From sequence record SRR31156797_482: 64,000 nucleotides of DNA, one strand, 5' to 3'. This document shows positions 1-10,369 of this stretch, piece by piece. The notes below the pieces were generated by a model, which saw only the letters and a program-made list of their open reading frames with translations, was not told the DNA's origin and searched no databases. The position numbers and the translations under genes were made by a program. Each line of letters begins with the position of its first letter. Position 1 is the stretch's first letter.

Positions 1-491
1 AGGCTGGATAACTATAGTAATGCTATGTTTTCCTACCCGGTCAAGCGCAGACTCTGTGGTGCTGGTAACATAGTTACAAGATAGCTAAATTAAAATACAG
101 GTCTACAGGTTAGCGCAGACTCCGCGAAGGGATATTATTTATGATCCAAAGGCATATATGGGACATCGAATACCATGAAAAATGCCACAACACCGTAAAT
201 CGAAGATTTTACGACGCCATCAAACAAGTATCAGCAGAAAATAGCAGACCAAAACCATTATGGCAATCTAATGTAACGATTGAAAAAGTTTTCCCTCCTC
301 TGCCTCCCCTTTTCAAAAGATGTTCAAAATACGTCCCCGTCTGGATAAAAGCAGCCTCTAAAAAAACAAGTAATCTATCTTTGCCGGGATCTGGCCTTAT
401 TGCCGTTGCGTTTACAGAAAAGCCATGATAATAAAAGAGGTTGGTTTTTAATATACTTATTCATTCATTAACTCCTGCACAGTGTATTCCC

Positions 492-1769
492 ATGCTAGAA
501 TTACGGTTTATCAGAGAAAACCTGCAACTTGTCCGCGAAAAAAGTATCCTCCGAAGGGTTGATCCTTCTCTCTTCGAACATTTTTCAGAGCTAGACAATC
601 AACGACTTTCGCTCCTCGGTCAAGTGGAAACATTGAAGAATAGACGCAACACTGTCTCCAAAGAAATAGCACCGTTGAAACAGGCAGGAGAACATGATAA
701 AGCAGAACCGCTTATTCGGGAAATGCGGGAAGTCGGTGACCAGATCAAATCGTTTGACAGCGATTTGGCTGAAATTGAATCTCAATTAAATGATATCGTT
801 CTTTCCATTCCCAACTTATGTGACGATGATGTCCCCCAGGGAAATGATGACAGCGACAATGTGGAAGTAAAAAAGTGGGGAGAGATTCCTTCTTTTTCCT
901 TTGCCCCTAAACCACATTGGGAAATTGGTGAAGAGCTCGGTATCCTTGACTTTGAAACCTCAGCGAAATTAGCCGGAGCACGTTTCTCGCTTCTCAAAGG
1001 CTTCGGCTCCCGCCTCTCCCGTGCTCTTGTAAATTTTTTCCTTGATCTGCATACCCAAAAACATGGTTACACCGAAGTGCTGCCTCCCTTTATGGTGAAC
1101 TCAGCCACCATGACAGGTACCGGTCAACTCCCAAAATTCAAAGAAGACCTGTTCAAGATTGAAGACTGGGATCTGTGGCTTATTCCCACTGCCGAGGTGC
1201 CAGTTACCAATATCCATGCGGGCGAGACCCTACGCGAGGACCAACTCCCTCTTTACTATACAGCCTATACCCCTTGTTTCCGGTCAGAAGCAGGTTCATA
1301 CGGTAAGGATACTCGTGGACTTATCCGCCAGCACCAGTTTGAAAAGGTGGAACTTGTTAAATTTGCAACTCCGGAACAATCGGAGCAGGAGCACGAACGG
1401 CTTCTTGAAGAAGCAGAAACAGTACTCCAACTGCTGCAGTTACCTTATAGAGTAGTCAATCTCTGTACAGGTGACCTTGGCTTCTCTGCCACCAAGACGT
1501 ATGATATTGAGGTGTGGCTGCCGGGGCAAAATACCTATCGTGAAATCTCCTCTTGCTCTAATTTTCTTGATTTCCAAGCCAGAAGAGCCGGAATCAGGTA
1601 TCGCCCTGAAGGGAAGAAAAAGAGCTGCCTGGTTCACACATTGAATGGTTCCGGGCTGGCAGTTGGAAGAACTCTGCTGGCTATCCTGGAAAACTACCAG
1701 CAGGAGGATGGCTCTGTAGCCATCCCCGAAGTTCTCACACCGTATTTTGAGAACCGCTTCCTCTCATAA
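492..1769 (+). CDS. serS: Seryl-tRNA synthetase
   Basis: ORF 441..1769; class II motifs FRSEAG...GLIRQHQF and [13 protein letters not shown]-terminal coiled coil; likely start ATG 492 ([10 protein letters not shown]). Confidence 0.97.
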   Translation: MLELRFIRENLQLVREKSILRRVDPSLFEHFSELDNQRLSLLGQVETLKNRRNTVSKEIAPLKQAGEHDKAEPLIREMREVGDQIKSFDSDLAEIESQLNDIVLSIPNLCDDDVPQGNDDSDNVEVKKWGEIPSFSFAPKPHWEIGEELGILDFETSAKLAGARFSLLKGFGSRLSRALVNFFLDLHTQKHGYTEVLPPFMVNSATMTGTGQLPKFKEDLFKIEDWDLWLIPTAEVPVTNIHAGETLREDQLPLYYTAYTPCFRSEAGSYGKDTRGLIRQHQFEKVELVKFATPEQSEQEHERLLEEAETVLQLLQLPYRVVNLCTGDLGFSATKTYDIEVWLPGQNTYREISSCSNFLDFQARRAGIRYRPEGKKKSCLVHTLNGSGLAVGRTLLAILENYQQEDGSVAIPEVLTPYFENRFLS

Positions 1770-1812
1770 CATACACCAGGCAATCCAAATCGAGTAAAGG
1801 CCGGCACTCCTT

Positions 1813-2748
1813 TTACCGCCGGCCTTCCATGGCAAGCTCAAGCAATTTATCTAAGAGTTGAGGGAACGAAAGCCCACCCTCCTTAGCAGCCTGCGGCAAG
1901 AGACTGGTCGGGGTCATCCCTGGGATAGTGTTGGTTTCGAGCACAAAAATGCCGCCATCGTTGACAATCATATCTGTACGACTGTAACCACGAAGCTGCA
2001 ATACACGGTGGGCTGTGATGGCATATGCCTGTGCTTTATCGCGTACCCCCTGACTCACCTCTGCCGGACAGATTTCTTCACTTGCTCCGGCCACATACTT
2101 GGCCTCATAGTCAAAAAAATCAAACCGGCTATCCGGGATAATTTCCACGAGAGGCAGCGCTGAGAGTTCATCATTACCAATCACACCAACAGTAATTTCT
2201 CGACCTTTAATATATTCCTCAACCATAACCTCATCATCATGCTTGAAGGCCAGGTCCAAGGCTTCAGAGAGGGCTTCTTTTTCTCGAACTATTGTCATAC
2301 CTATGGATGACCCCTGCTTTACCGGTTTTACAACATATGGCAAGTTCAGTTGTTCGATGATTCTCTGCGGGGCTTCAATGTCCTCCCTTTGAGCCATCAC
2401 CCAGTCTGCAACAAGCAAGCCATTGAGCCGGTATAATATTTTAGCCAGGTTTTTATTCATGGCCAAAGCACTGCCGAGAACCCCTGCGCCCTGATAAGGT
2501 ATGTCCAAGAGGTCCAAAAAACCCTGTATGGTACCATCCTCGCCAAAGAGACCATGGAGCAGTACAAATGCAACATCAATATTTTCAGCATCACGAGCGA
2601 TAGCTTCCAGATCAGTGGCAGGGTCATAGCGAACCACATCATATTTGTTACCATCCAGCTCTTTTTCAACACCTGCAGCACCGTTTAATGAGACTTCACG
2701 CTCATCGGACTTACCACCGGCAATAAGCGCCAATCGAATCTTTGCCAT
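1813..2748 (-). CDS. ddl: D-alanine--D-alanine ligase
   Basis: GGKSDEREVSL, LHGLFGEDG, KP..QGSSIG, DYEAKY, ETNTIPGMT..SL.P motifs. Confidence 0.96.
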   Translation of the reverse strand: MAKIRLALIAGGKSDEREVSLNGAAGVEKELDGNKYDVVRYDPATDLEAIARDAENIDVAFVLLHGLFGEDGTIQGFLDLLDIPYQGAGVLGSALAMNKNLAKILYRLNGLLVADWVMAQREDIEAPQRIIEQLNLPYVVKPVKQGSSIGMTIVREKEALSEALDLAFKHDDEVMVEEYIKGREITVGVIGNDELSALPLVEIIPDSRFDFFDYEAKYVAGASEEICPAEVSQGVRDKAQAYAITAHRVLQLRGYSRTDMIVNDGGIFVLETNTIPGMTPTSLLPQAAKEGGLSFPQLLDKLLELAMEGRR

Positions 2749-2769
2749 TCTCCCCTCCTTGTTGTTAGA

Positions 2770-2930
2770 TAGTGCCTGGCCGCAAATAAGGATTTTAACC
2801 TACGTTTAAGGCGTGCGATAAATTTCACCACAGCAATAGAGTTGATATCGGAGCCTCCGCTTCCCTCCGATGATAAAAATTTGAGCACAACACCAAAATT
2901 AGGCAAAAAGGCTTTTTATGGACGGCACTA
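2770..2930. repeat. MITE-like palindromic intergenic element (161 bp)
   Basis: Terminal inverted repeats TAGTGCC...GGCACTA (2770-2776/2924-2930); internal core 2809-2891 is similar to 4399-4478. Confidence 0.6.
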
Positions 2931-3088
2931 GATAATTTCCACACTCTACCATGTTGGAAGAAAAATGCATTACCCCTCAGTATCTTAACAATTCAGTTTT
3001 CCCTGCATCACAGCCGACTATTCAATATAAATCTAAGAAAAAGAGGGTAACTACGATTCAAAAGTCACCGGACTTTGGTGCAATTTTA

Positions 3089-3117
3089 TTGACACGCTTA
3101 TCCATATTAAGTAGATT
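3089..3117 (+). promoter_or_regulatory. sigma70-like promoter of rpsU
   Basis: TTGACA-N17-TAGATT upstream of the rpsU start. Confidence 0.65.
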
Positions 3118-3178
3118 CCTCTACTTAATACTTTTTCAACCTATAATATTAGCACTCTAACAAGGATGTGATTCAATC

Positions 3179-3373
3179 ATGATCGAAGTAGAAGTCAAAG
3201 GCGACCTTGAGTACGCAATTCGGCAATTGAAGAAAAAACTGCAAATTGACGGTATCAAGCGAGAGCTGAAGCGACGTGAATTTTATGAGAAACCCAGCGT
3301 AAAAAAACGCCGCAAAGCTGCCGAAGCACTACGGAAACTTCGTAAGTTTAACCGAATGAAAAATCGAGGTTAA
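3179..3373 (+). CDS. rpsU: 30S ribosomal protein S21
   Basis: 64 aa basic protein with RREFYEKPSVKKRRK motif. Confidence 0.95.
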   Translation: MIEVEVKGDLEYAIRQLKKKLQIDGIKRELKRREFYEKPSVKKRRKAAEALRKLRKFNRMKNRG

Positions 3374-3376
3374 ACC

Positions 3377-3412
3377 AAAATGTCCTGGTCAAAAGCCAGG
3401 ACATTTTTGTTT
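3377..3412 (+). terminator. Rho-independent terminator after rpsU
   Basis: AAAATGTCCTGG-tcaaaag-CCAGGACATTTT hairpin followed by T-rich sequence. Confidence 0.8.
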
Positions 3413-3444
3413 GAAAATAGCCAATTTACGAAAGCACCGTCGAA

Positions 3445-4332
3445 CTGACCACCCAGGTCAAACTTTTTCTGCAGCACCTCACAGTTCAGCGCAGATTAGC
3501 GCATAATACAATTGAGGCCTATCGTTCCGATCTCCAGCTCTTTTTATCCGTCCTCGCCAAAAAAAATGTTCGCAACTGTACAGCGATAAAAAAAGAGCAT
3601 ATTCAGCTTTTCTTCACCCATTGCCACAATAAGAACCACAGTGCACGTTCCAGTGCACGACGACTTGCAGCATTGCGCGCTTTTTTCTCCTATCTAGCAA
3701 CACAAGGTTTAATAGCAGAAAACCCTCTCCTTGACCTTGATTCACCCAAAATTGGACGTAACCTGCCAAAAGCGCTGCACTTAGAGGAAATTGACATGCT
3801 GCTCACTCGTCCGCCCCTGGCAAAGCCTATCAATATACGCAACTGGACCATGATCCACCTGTTATATGCAACAGGGATCAGAGTCACAGAACTGGTTTCT
3901 ATTCCTTTAAAAGGATGCAACCTGACCACTTGTCACTTGCGGGTGCTTGGCAAGGGGGACAAAGAAAGGATAATCCCCTTTGATATAAAAACAGCTGCCT
4001 GTATACAGGAATATATGGAACGTGCTCGTCCTGCCATGGTAAAAAACCGTACCAATAATATGCTCTTCCTCTCCAACCGCGGTAAGGCGATGACAAGAAA
4101 CAGATTTTGGCAAATTCTTCGTGAAACGGCCAGAGCAAAAGGAATAAAAAAAGATATCAGTCCACACATGCTTCGCCATTCCTTTGCAACCCACCTCCTG
4201 AGCGGAGGCGCAGACCTACGATCCGTGCAAATGATGCTTGGCCATGCAGATATTGCCACCACCCAAATATACACCCATATAGACACAGACAGATTAAAAT
4301 CAATTCATCAACGTTTTCACCCGCGTGGATAG
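3445..4332 (+). CDS. xerD: Site-specific tyrosine recombinase XerD (start codon non-canonical/uncertain)
   Basis: Catalytic motifs YATGIRVTEL, GKGDKER, SPHMLRHSFATHLL, LGHADIATTQIYTH; frame stays open upstream of the called TTG 3673 back to 3421 and encodes the N-terminal core-binding domain (FLQHLTVQRRLAHNTIEAYRSDL). Confidence 0.88.
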   Translation: MTTQVKLFLQHLTVQRRLAHNTIEAYRSDLQLFLSVLAKKNVRNCTAIKKEHIQLFFTHCHNKNHSARSSARRLAALRAFFSYLATQGLIAENPLLDLDSPKIGRNLPKALHLEEIDMLLTRPPLAKPINIRNWTMIHLLYATGIRVTELVSIPLKGCNLTTCHLRVLGKGDKERIIPFDIKTAACIQEYMERARPAMVKNRTNNMLFLSNRGKAMTRNRFWQILRETARAKGIKKDISPHMLRHSFATHLLSGGADLRSVQMMLGHADIATTQIYTHIDTDRLKSIHQRFHPRG

Positions 4333-4344
4333 TAACAAGATGTC

Positions 4345-4534
4345 GGATATCTTGAATTATTAGCAGCTTTGTTCTAGGTCATACAAGCTCCGACTCCGAG
4401 GCACGCGAAGAATTTTAACCAGGCATATGCCGAATAGCAGTTTCTAGGCGACCTTCGAGGATAAAATATGAGCATAACGAGGTAAGCGTTAGACTCCGGG
4501 AGACCGGGCTAAATGACAATTATTCAAGATAGCC
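4345..4534. repeat. MITE-like element between convergent xerD and MBL-hydrolase genes (190 bp)
   Basis: 17-bp imperfect TIR GGATATCTTGAATTATT / AATTATTCAAGATAGCC (15/17 complementary); core shared with 2809-2891. Confidence 0.65.
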
Positions 4535-4547
4535 TATAGTCTGGACT

Positions 4548-5321
4548 CTACTTTTCAACACTAATCAATGGGCCGGGACGATCCTGACGGGCAATATGTA
4601 CTTCCAGATTCCTGCATCCAACAAAAGCTTTTTCAGCTGCAGAAAGTACCAAATCTGGGTGATTATTGGTCTCACTGATATGTGCCAGCACTAATTCCTG
4701 CAGGACTCCTTGAGCCAACCCCGATGCAAACTGCACGGCATCACCATTGGCAAGATGACCGTTTTTTGACTGAATGCGCTGCTTGAGTGACATCGGATAA
4801 GGCCCATCTCGCAGCATCTGCGGATCATGGTTGGCCTCAAGAATCAACGTGTTGCAAGATCGAAGATGGTGGTTGATAAGTTTGGTTATATGCCCGGTAT
4901 CGGTACAATAGCCAATGCTTAACATGTCTTTGCGGATAACAAACCCCACCGGGTCAGCCGTATCATGGACTATGGAAAAGGGGTGAACCTGCAGCTCATT
5001 GAGAGTAACAAGTTCACCGGTCGTAAATGATTGCAACTTAGTCAACTTACCAAGTTTACGCTGCGCAGCCTGATAGGTACCATTATTGATGAAAACAGGC
5101 AGCCCATAACGCCTTGACAACACGCCGACTCCGGCTACATGATCATTGTGTTCATGGGTGACAAATATTGCTGTCAATCCTTCTGCGTTTCTACCAATTG
5201 TTGCTAGCCTGCGCTCTATCTCCTTACCCGAAAATCCAGCATCAATAAGAATCCGAGTTGAACCGGACTCAATATAAGTGCAGTTTCCCTTACTACCACT
5301 GCCAAGGACACAGACCTTCAT
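4548..5321 (-). CDS. Metallo-beta-lactamase-fold hydrolase (YycJ/WalJ-like)
   Basis: LGSGSKGN, THEHNDH (HxHxDH), HDT, LEANHD, GHL, AHISETNN motifs. Confidence 0.9.
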   Translation of the reverse strand: MKVCVLGSGSKGNCTYIESGSTRILIDAGFSGKEIERRLATIGRNAEGLTAIFVTHEHNDHVAGVGVLSRRYGLPVFINNGTYQAAQRKLGKLTKLQSFTTGELVTLNELQVHPFSIVHDTADPVGFVIRKDMLSIGYCTDTGHITKLINHHLRSCNTLILEANHDPQMLRDGPYPMSLKQRIQSKNGHLANGDAVQFASGLAQGVLQELVLAHISETNNHPDLVLSAAEKAFVGCRNLEVHIARQDRPGPLISVEK

Positions 5322-5339
5322 TATACGCCTCTATCATCT

Positions 5340-5801
5340 TTAGCGAATACCTGTGTGGCCAAAACCACCATCATCACGCTGTGTTTTGTCCAACTCAGCG
5401 ACAACTTCCAAATGGGCCTGACAAACCGGCGCTAAAATAAGCTGAGCTATTCGATCGCCACGATTAATAGTAAACGGTTTATCAGACAAATTCACAAGGG
5501 CTACCTTGATCTCTCCCCTATAATCGGCATCAATAGTTCCAGGAGCATTGATGACTGTAATTCCAAACTTTACTGCAAGCCCAGAACGCGGCCGAACCTG
5601 CATTTCATATCCAGCAGGGATGGCCATTGCAAAACCAGTTGGCACCAAGATCCTTGCCCCTGGCTCCAGGGTAGCCGGTTCACTCACGGCTGCGGCTACA
5701 TCCATTCCTGATGCCTGGATAGTTTCGTACGCTGGCGGTAATAAATCCTTATCTTTTTTAGAATCTATCCACGAAAAATGAACCCGTACCTTTTCCATCA
5801 T
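5340..5801 (-). CDS. dut: dUTP diphosphatase
   Basis: [32 protein letters not shown] motifs. Confidence 0.96.
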   Translation of the reverse strand: MMEKVRVHFSWIDSKKDKDLLPPAYETIQASGMDVAAAVSEPATLEPGARILVPTGFAMAIPAGYEMQVRPRSGLAVKFGITVINAPGTIDADYRGEIKVALVNLSDKPFTINRGDRIAQLILAPVCQAHLEVVAELDKTQRDDGGFGHTGIR

Positions 5802-5826
5802 TTTCTTTCACTGTAGTTATATGTAG

Positions 5827-5867
5827 AACAAAAGAGCCGGTTTCCAACTCACTGGAAACCGGCTCTT
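5827..5867 (-). terminator. Rho-independent terminator after pnp
   Basis: 15-bp perfect stem AAGAGCCGGTTTCCA/TGGAAACCGGCTCTT running into a T-tract on the minus strand. Confidence 0.85.
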
Positions 5868-5891
5868 GACCTTATATATTTACCGTTTCGA

Positions 5892-7979
5892 CTATTCTTC
5901 GCCTTCTGCAAGAGCAGCCTTACGACTCAGTCGAATCCGGCCACGACCATCTATCTCAATGACCTTGACCCTGACGATATCCCCTTCTTTAAGAACATCA
6001 GTGACTTTATTCACCCGACTATTCATAAGCTCTGAGATGTGAACCATACCATCTGTTCCTGGAAGAATCTGGACAAATGCACCGAAATCCTTGATGGTTT
6101 TCACTTCACCCTCATAGATTCTGCCCACCTCAGGTACCGCTGTAATCTCTTCAATCCGCTTTACAAGGGCCTTGGAGGACTCACTGCTGTTACTGAAGAT
6201 CTTAACGGTTCCATCATCTTCAACATCTATCTTGGAATCAAACTCTGCGGTCATTTCCCTGATAACCTTTCCACCAGGGCCAATGATATCACGAATTTTA
6301 TCAGGATTAATCTTGATGCTCACATATTTAGGAGCATGCTCGGCAACACCAGCACGTGGAGCCTCTATGGCCTCAACCATTTTACCGAGAATATGGATTC
6401 TACCATGCTTTGCCTGCTCAAGGGCCTTGCCCATGATTTCCCGATCGACACCATCAATTTTGATGTCCATCTGGAGACCAGTAATTCCCTTTTCGGTTCC
6501 GACAACTTTAAAATCCATGTCACCGAGGTGATCCTCATCACCAAGAATATCGGTCAGAACAACGACATTATCCCCTTCCTTAATCAATCCCATAGCAACA
6601 CCAGAGACAGGAGCCTTCACAGGAACACCTGCATCCATCAATGCAAGACTAGCACCACATACGGTTGCCATGGACGATGAACCATTTGATTCCAGGACCT
6701 CTGACACAACCCTCATGGTGTAAGGAAATTTTTCTGCTTCAGGCAGAACCACGCTCACACCTCTACGAGCCAGCGTTCCGTGTCCTATATCACGCCTGCT
6801 TGGTCCACGTAAAAAGCGAACTTCACCAACGCAAAACGGCGGAAAGTTATAATGAAGCATGAAACGACGATAAACATCTCCACTGAGCCCTTCCAGATGC
6901 TGTTCATCACGCTCACTACCTAAAGTTGACACAACCAGTGCCTGTGTTTCACCACGCGTAAACAGTGCAGAACCGTGAGTTCTTGGCAATACACCTACTT
7001 CGCAACTAATGGGCCGTACTTCTTCAAATGATCGACCATCAAGCCGCTTGCCCTGAGAGACTATACGGTCTCGCATCACATTCTTTTTATAACTGCTTAA
7101 CAGGTCGAAGACTTCTCTCTCATCCTGATAGAGCTCTGGGTCAACCTGAGCAAGCACCTCTGCTTTGAGTAGGTCATACCGATCACCACGAGCCATTTTT
7201 TCGGCGGTGGCAACGACTTCGTCCATTCCGGAAGCGGCAAGGGCTTCAATTGATGCTTTGAGAGGCTCGTTTACCTCTGGCACAACTACTTCACGTTTTG
7301 CCTTTCCAGACTGCTTCTGCATTTCCAACTGAAGCTGGATCAACGGCTGAATATTCTCGTGCGCAAAGAAAATTGCTTCAAGGACAACGTCCTCAGCAAG
7401 TTCTCCTGTTTTTCCTTCTACCATCACAACAGCTGTTGGGGTTCCTGCAACGACTAGGTTCATTGCGGATTTATCTAACTGCTGACTAGAAGGGTTAATT
7501 ACATACTCACCATCAATATACCCTACCCTTGCAGCGGCAATCGGTCCTGCAAATGGAATATCAGATAGCATGAGCGCTGTAGAGGCTCCGTTCATCGCCA
7601 AAATATCAGAATCAAATTCAGGATCAGCAGAAAAAACGGTGGCTATCACCTGGGTTTCAGACATGTATCCTTCCGGAAAAAGCGGCCTAAGCGGTCGGTC
7701 AATAAGACGGCAAGTAAGTACCTCTTTTTCACTGGGCCTACCAATCTCTCTCCGAAAGTAACTCCCTGGAATTCGTCCAGCAGCGTACATCCTTTCCTGG
7801 TACTCGATCGTCAGGGGTAAAAACCCCATATCTTTAGTTTTTTTATCGGCTACTACAGTGACCAACACTTTAGTATCACCACTGGAAACAACCACAGACC
7901 CACTGGTTTGCTTGGCCATTTTACCAGTTTCAAAAGTAATCTTCCGACCACCAATTTCTGTTTCAATTGAATTATACAT
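5892..7979 (-). CDS. pnp: Polyribonucleotide nucleotidyltransferase (PNPase)
   Basis: Two RNase PH domains (RLIDRPLRPLFP; SNGSSSMA; DILGDEDHLGDMDFKV), KH and S1 domains; follows rpsO. Confidence 0.98.
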   Translation of the reverse strand: MYNSIETEIGGRKITFETGKMAKQTSGSVVVSSGDTKVLVTVVADKKTKDMGFLPLTIEYQERMYAAGRIPGSYFRREIGRPSEKEVLTCRLIDRPLRPLFPEGYMSETQVIATVFSADPEFDSDILAMNGASTALMLSDIPFAGPIAAARVGYIDGEYVINPSSQQLDKSAMNLVVAGTPTAVVMVEGKTGELAEDVVLEAIFFAHENIQPLIQLQLEMQKQSGKAKREVVVPEVNEPLKASIEALAASGMDEVVATAEKMARGDRYDLLKAEVLAQVDPELYQDEREVFDLLSSYKKNVMRDRIVSQGKRLDGRSFEEVRPISCEVGVLPRTHGSALFTRGETQALVVSTLGSERDEQHLEGLSGDVYRRFMLHYNFPPFCVGEVRFLRGPSRRDIGHGTLARRGVSVVLPEAEKFPYTMRVVSEVLESNGSSSMATVCGASLALMDAGVPVKAPVSGVAMGLIKEGDNVVVLTDILGDEDHLGDMDFKVVGTEKGITGLQMDIKIDGVDREIMGKALEQAKHGRIHILGKMVEAIEAPRAGVAEHAPKYVSIKINPDKIRDIIGPGGKVIREMTAEFDSKIDVEDDGTVKIFSNSSESSKALVKRIEEITAVPEVGRIYEGEVKTIKDFGAFVQILPGTDGMVHISELMNSRVNKVTDVLKEGDIVRVKVIEIDGRGRIRLSRKAALAEGEE

Positions 7980-8028
7980 AGGTTCTCCTGTCCCGACATT
8001 ACCGGAACATAATAGGGTTAAATGAACC

Positions 8029-8139
8029 TGTTACAGTTGTATTTGGTCACAAAGCCACAAAGGATGTAGTGATAAATGTCTAACCTGCCCATTATCTCCA
8101 CATCCTTTGTGTCTTTATTTCCTCTCAATGACTGTAACA
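8029..8139 (-). promoter_or_regulatory. Long stem-loop in pnp 5' leader (putative RNase III site)
   Basis: TGTTACAGT/ACTGTAACA and AAAGCCACAAAGGATGTAGTGATAA/TTATCTCCACATCCTTTGTGTCTTT complementary arms. Confidence 0.6.
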
Positions 8140-8157
8140 AAGTCCGAAAAATTTAAA

Positions 8158-8189
8158 CGGGCAGAGAACTAACAATAGTTCTCTGCCCG
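8158..8189 (-). terminator. Terminator hairpin after rpsO
   Basis: CGGGCAGAGAACTA-acaa-TAGTTCTCTGCCCG perfect 14-bp stem directly after the rpsO stop. Confidence 0.8.
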
Positions 8190-8195
8190 CAAATT

Positions 8196-8465
8196 TTATT
8201 TACGGATACCGAGTTCTTTAATGAGCTCCCGATACTTAACAACGTCTTTTTTCTGCATATATTTCAGCAGACTTCTCCTCTGCCCAACCAGTTTCAAAAG
8301 GCCACGGCGAGAATGATGATCCTTGCTGTGTGTTTTAAAATGATCTGTCAGATAAGTAATACGGTCAGTGAGCAAGGCAATTTGCACCTCGCATGAGCCA
8401 GTATCACCTTCATGGGTTTTAAATTTTTCAATAATTTCTTTTTTTACTGCATTTGACTGTGCCAT
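8196..8465 (-). CDS. rpsO: 30S ribosomal protein S15
   Basis: [32 protein letters not shown] motifs. Confidence 0.98.
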   Translation of the reverse strand: MAQSNAVKKEIIEKFKTHEGDTGSCEVQIALLTDRITYLTDHFKTHSKDHHSRRGLLKLVGQRRSLLKYMQKKDVVKYRELIKELGIRK

Positions 8466-8585
8466 AGAGCACCTCCATTTTTCCTTCTGCTACCAGCAAA
8501 GCGTTTTCCCTCGGCCTTGACTGGAGTCTGGATAAATTGCCCTTATACCGAAATTAGAGGGATAACTTCGAAGGACATGTAAACA

Positions 8586-9386
8586 TTATTCATCACTATG
8601 CAATGCGCATGGATGTAATTTATTGGACACCTGCTCACTCTTCTCAATGGCAGTTTCCACTGAAAGCATGGTAGAAGCTAAGTTATTCAGACCATTCTCA
8701 CCAACCAACTCCTCACCAGAAACACCCTGTTCTACCCGAAAGGGGCCGCTTACTGTTCGCCTCAGCGCTGTAAGGTGGGCACCACATCCTAAAAACCGCC
8801 CTATATCCTCGGCTAAAACACGAATATAGGTTCCTCGACTGCATGTAACTTCTATTTTCAGACAATTTTGAGCATGCAGGGAACCAGCCAGGGAGTAAAT
8901 TTCAATCGGCTTCGGTGGTTTGGTAATCACTATTCCTTTTCGGGCATAGTGATAGAGAGGTTTACCTTTATATTTGGCTGCAGAAAAAGCGGGGGGCGCC
9001 TGCATCTGCGGGCCAGTAAATTTTTTCAAACAATTATCAATTTCAGTCTGCGATAATTCTGGCACCAAACGCGTCGCAGTCACTTCCCCTTCAGGGTCTT
9101 GGGTCGTTGTCTCAACACCGAGTTGCAGGGTCGCTTCATAGGTTTTGCGCCCGATCATAAACAGATCAATATTTCGAGTTGCCGGACGTCCAGCACAAAT
9201 AATAAGCAAACCACTGGCAAAAGGGTCCAGGGTACCAGCATGCCCGACTTTTTTGATGCCAAGTAACTTTCGTACCCTGCGAACCATAGCAAAAGAACTG
9301 CAATCAACAGGTTTATCAACTAGAAACACACCAGCAGAAAACTCCTGTTCCTTTAAGGCGAACAAACTCCTTTTTTCATTTTTCAA
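8586..9386 (-). CDS. truB: tRNA pseudouridine(55) synthase
   Basis: VDKP, KVGHAGTLDPFASGLL, PP.FSA.K..GK.LY, GTYIR motifs; ORF open to 9452 but probable start TTG 9386 overlaps the DHH stop. Confidence 0.95.
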   Translation of the reverse strand: MKNEKRSLFALKEQEFSAGVFLVDKPVDCSSFAMVRRVRKLLGIKKVGHAGTLDPFASGLLIICAGRPATRNIDLFMIGRKTYEATLQLGVETTTQDPEGEVTATRLVPELSQTEIDNCLKKFTGPQMQAPPAFSAAKYKGKPLYHYARKGIVITKPPKPIEIYSLAGSLHAQNCLKIEVTCSRGTYIRVLAEDIGRFLGCGAHLTALRRTVSGPFRVEQGVSGEELVGENGLNNLASTMLSVETAIEKSEQVSNKLHPCALHSDE

Positions 9387-10369
9387 GCCATTTCCTGCTG
9401 CAATAAAGGGATGAGTAAATCCCGAACTTCGTCGATACTTTTGTTGTGGCACCGGAAGCCACTGGCATTTTTATGCCCACCACCGCCTAGTTTTGCCGCA
9501 ACCTTCGAAACATCGCACCGCCCCTTTGCCCGCATGCTAACCGAAACCAAATGCTGATCGGCTTCCTTGATAAATACGGCGACACGTACGGAACGTACGG
9601 AACGTGGCAGGTTAATAAAATGCTCGGTATCTTCCATTGTGGTAAAGGTACGTTCAAGCATGTTACGGGTCACCCTGATTACGGCAATCCTATCCTTGTT
9701 ATACATCTCTAAACCAGCCAACACCTCCTGAAGAAGGTGCAAACGACCCAAGGTATAGTTATCATATAGATTCGAAGAGATATCAGCTGGCTTCACCCCA
9801 CGGACGATCAAATCACGTGCCACCTGCATGGTATGCGCGCTGGTGGAATCGTACTTAAATGATCCAGTATCGGTTGTTATGGCAGCATATAAACATTCGG
9901 CAGCATCAATTGAGATTTCCTGATCCAGCGATAGGGCAAGGTCATAAACCATCTCTCCGGTAGATGACCGCGCAGGCTCAACCCAAGCAATATCACCAAA
10001 TCCTTTATTGCCCTGGTGATGGTCAATAACCAGAAATGGTCTAATTTGCAACAATTGCGGGCCGTTTTTCCCGAGACGTTCACGGTCGCCGCAATCAAGG
10101 CTGACAGCAAGGATACTACCTTCTGCCTGATCGACAAAATCAGCTAATGCTTCTAGTCCGGTCTGGACATGACCACTGCCAGCCAGAAATCGGTAAAGCG
10201 GGCTAACCGGTTCTTCAGCAAAAGCAAAAACTTTTTTGCCCATCCCCTGGGCAATATGCATCATACCCAGCAAAGAACCAATAGCGTCGCCGTCAGGATT
10301 GATGTGGGTGGCTAAAACAAGATTGTCGGCATGTTCGATTGCTGCCTTTACCTGCTCAGGAATCCCCAT
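9383..10369 (-). CDS. nrnA: DHH/DHHA1 phosphoesterase (NrnA-type nanoRNase/pAp phosphatase)
   Basis: HINPDGDAIGS, IDHH, DTGSF, GGGGH motifs; typical position between rbfA and truB. Confidence 0.85.
   Translation of the reverse strand: MGIPEQVKAAIEHADNLVLATHINPDGDAIGSLLGMMHIAQGMGKKVFAFAEEPVSPLYRFLAGSGHVQTGLEALADFVDQAEGSILAVSLDCGDRERLGKNGPQLLQIRPFLVIDHHQGNKGFGDIAWVEPARSSTGEMVYDLALSLDQEISIDAAECLYAAITTDTGSFKYDSTSAHTMQVARDLIVRGVKPADISSNLYDNYTLGRLHLLQEVLAGLEMYNKDRIAVIRVTRNMLERTFTTMEDTEHFINLPRSVRSVRVAVFIKEADQHLVSVSMRAKGRCDVSKVAAKLGGGGHKNASGFRCHNKSIDEVRDLLIPLLQQEMA

Noticed and set aside
141-428. 95 aa ORF upstream of serS
   Set aside because: Overlaps degenerate repeat-like sequence, with no recognisable motif or SD
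3445-4332. Tyrosine recombinase as a prophage/island integrase
   Set aside because: Motifs and size match housekeeping XerD; flanked by core genes; no att-like direct repeats seen
8466-8585. S15 autoregulatory leader RNA
   Set aside because: Plausible by position, but no known leader structure could be recognised from the sequence
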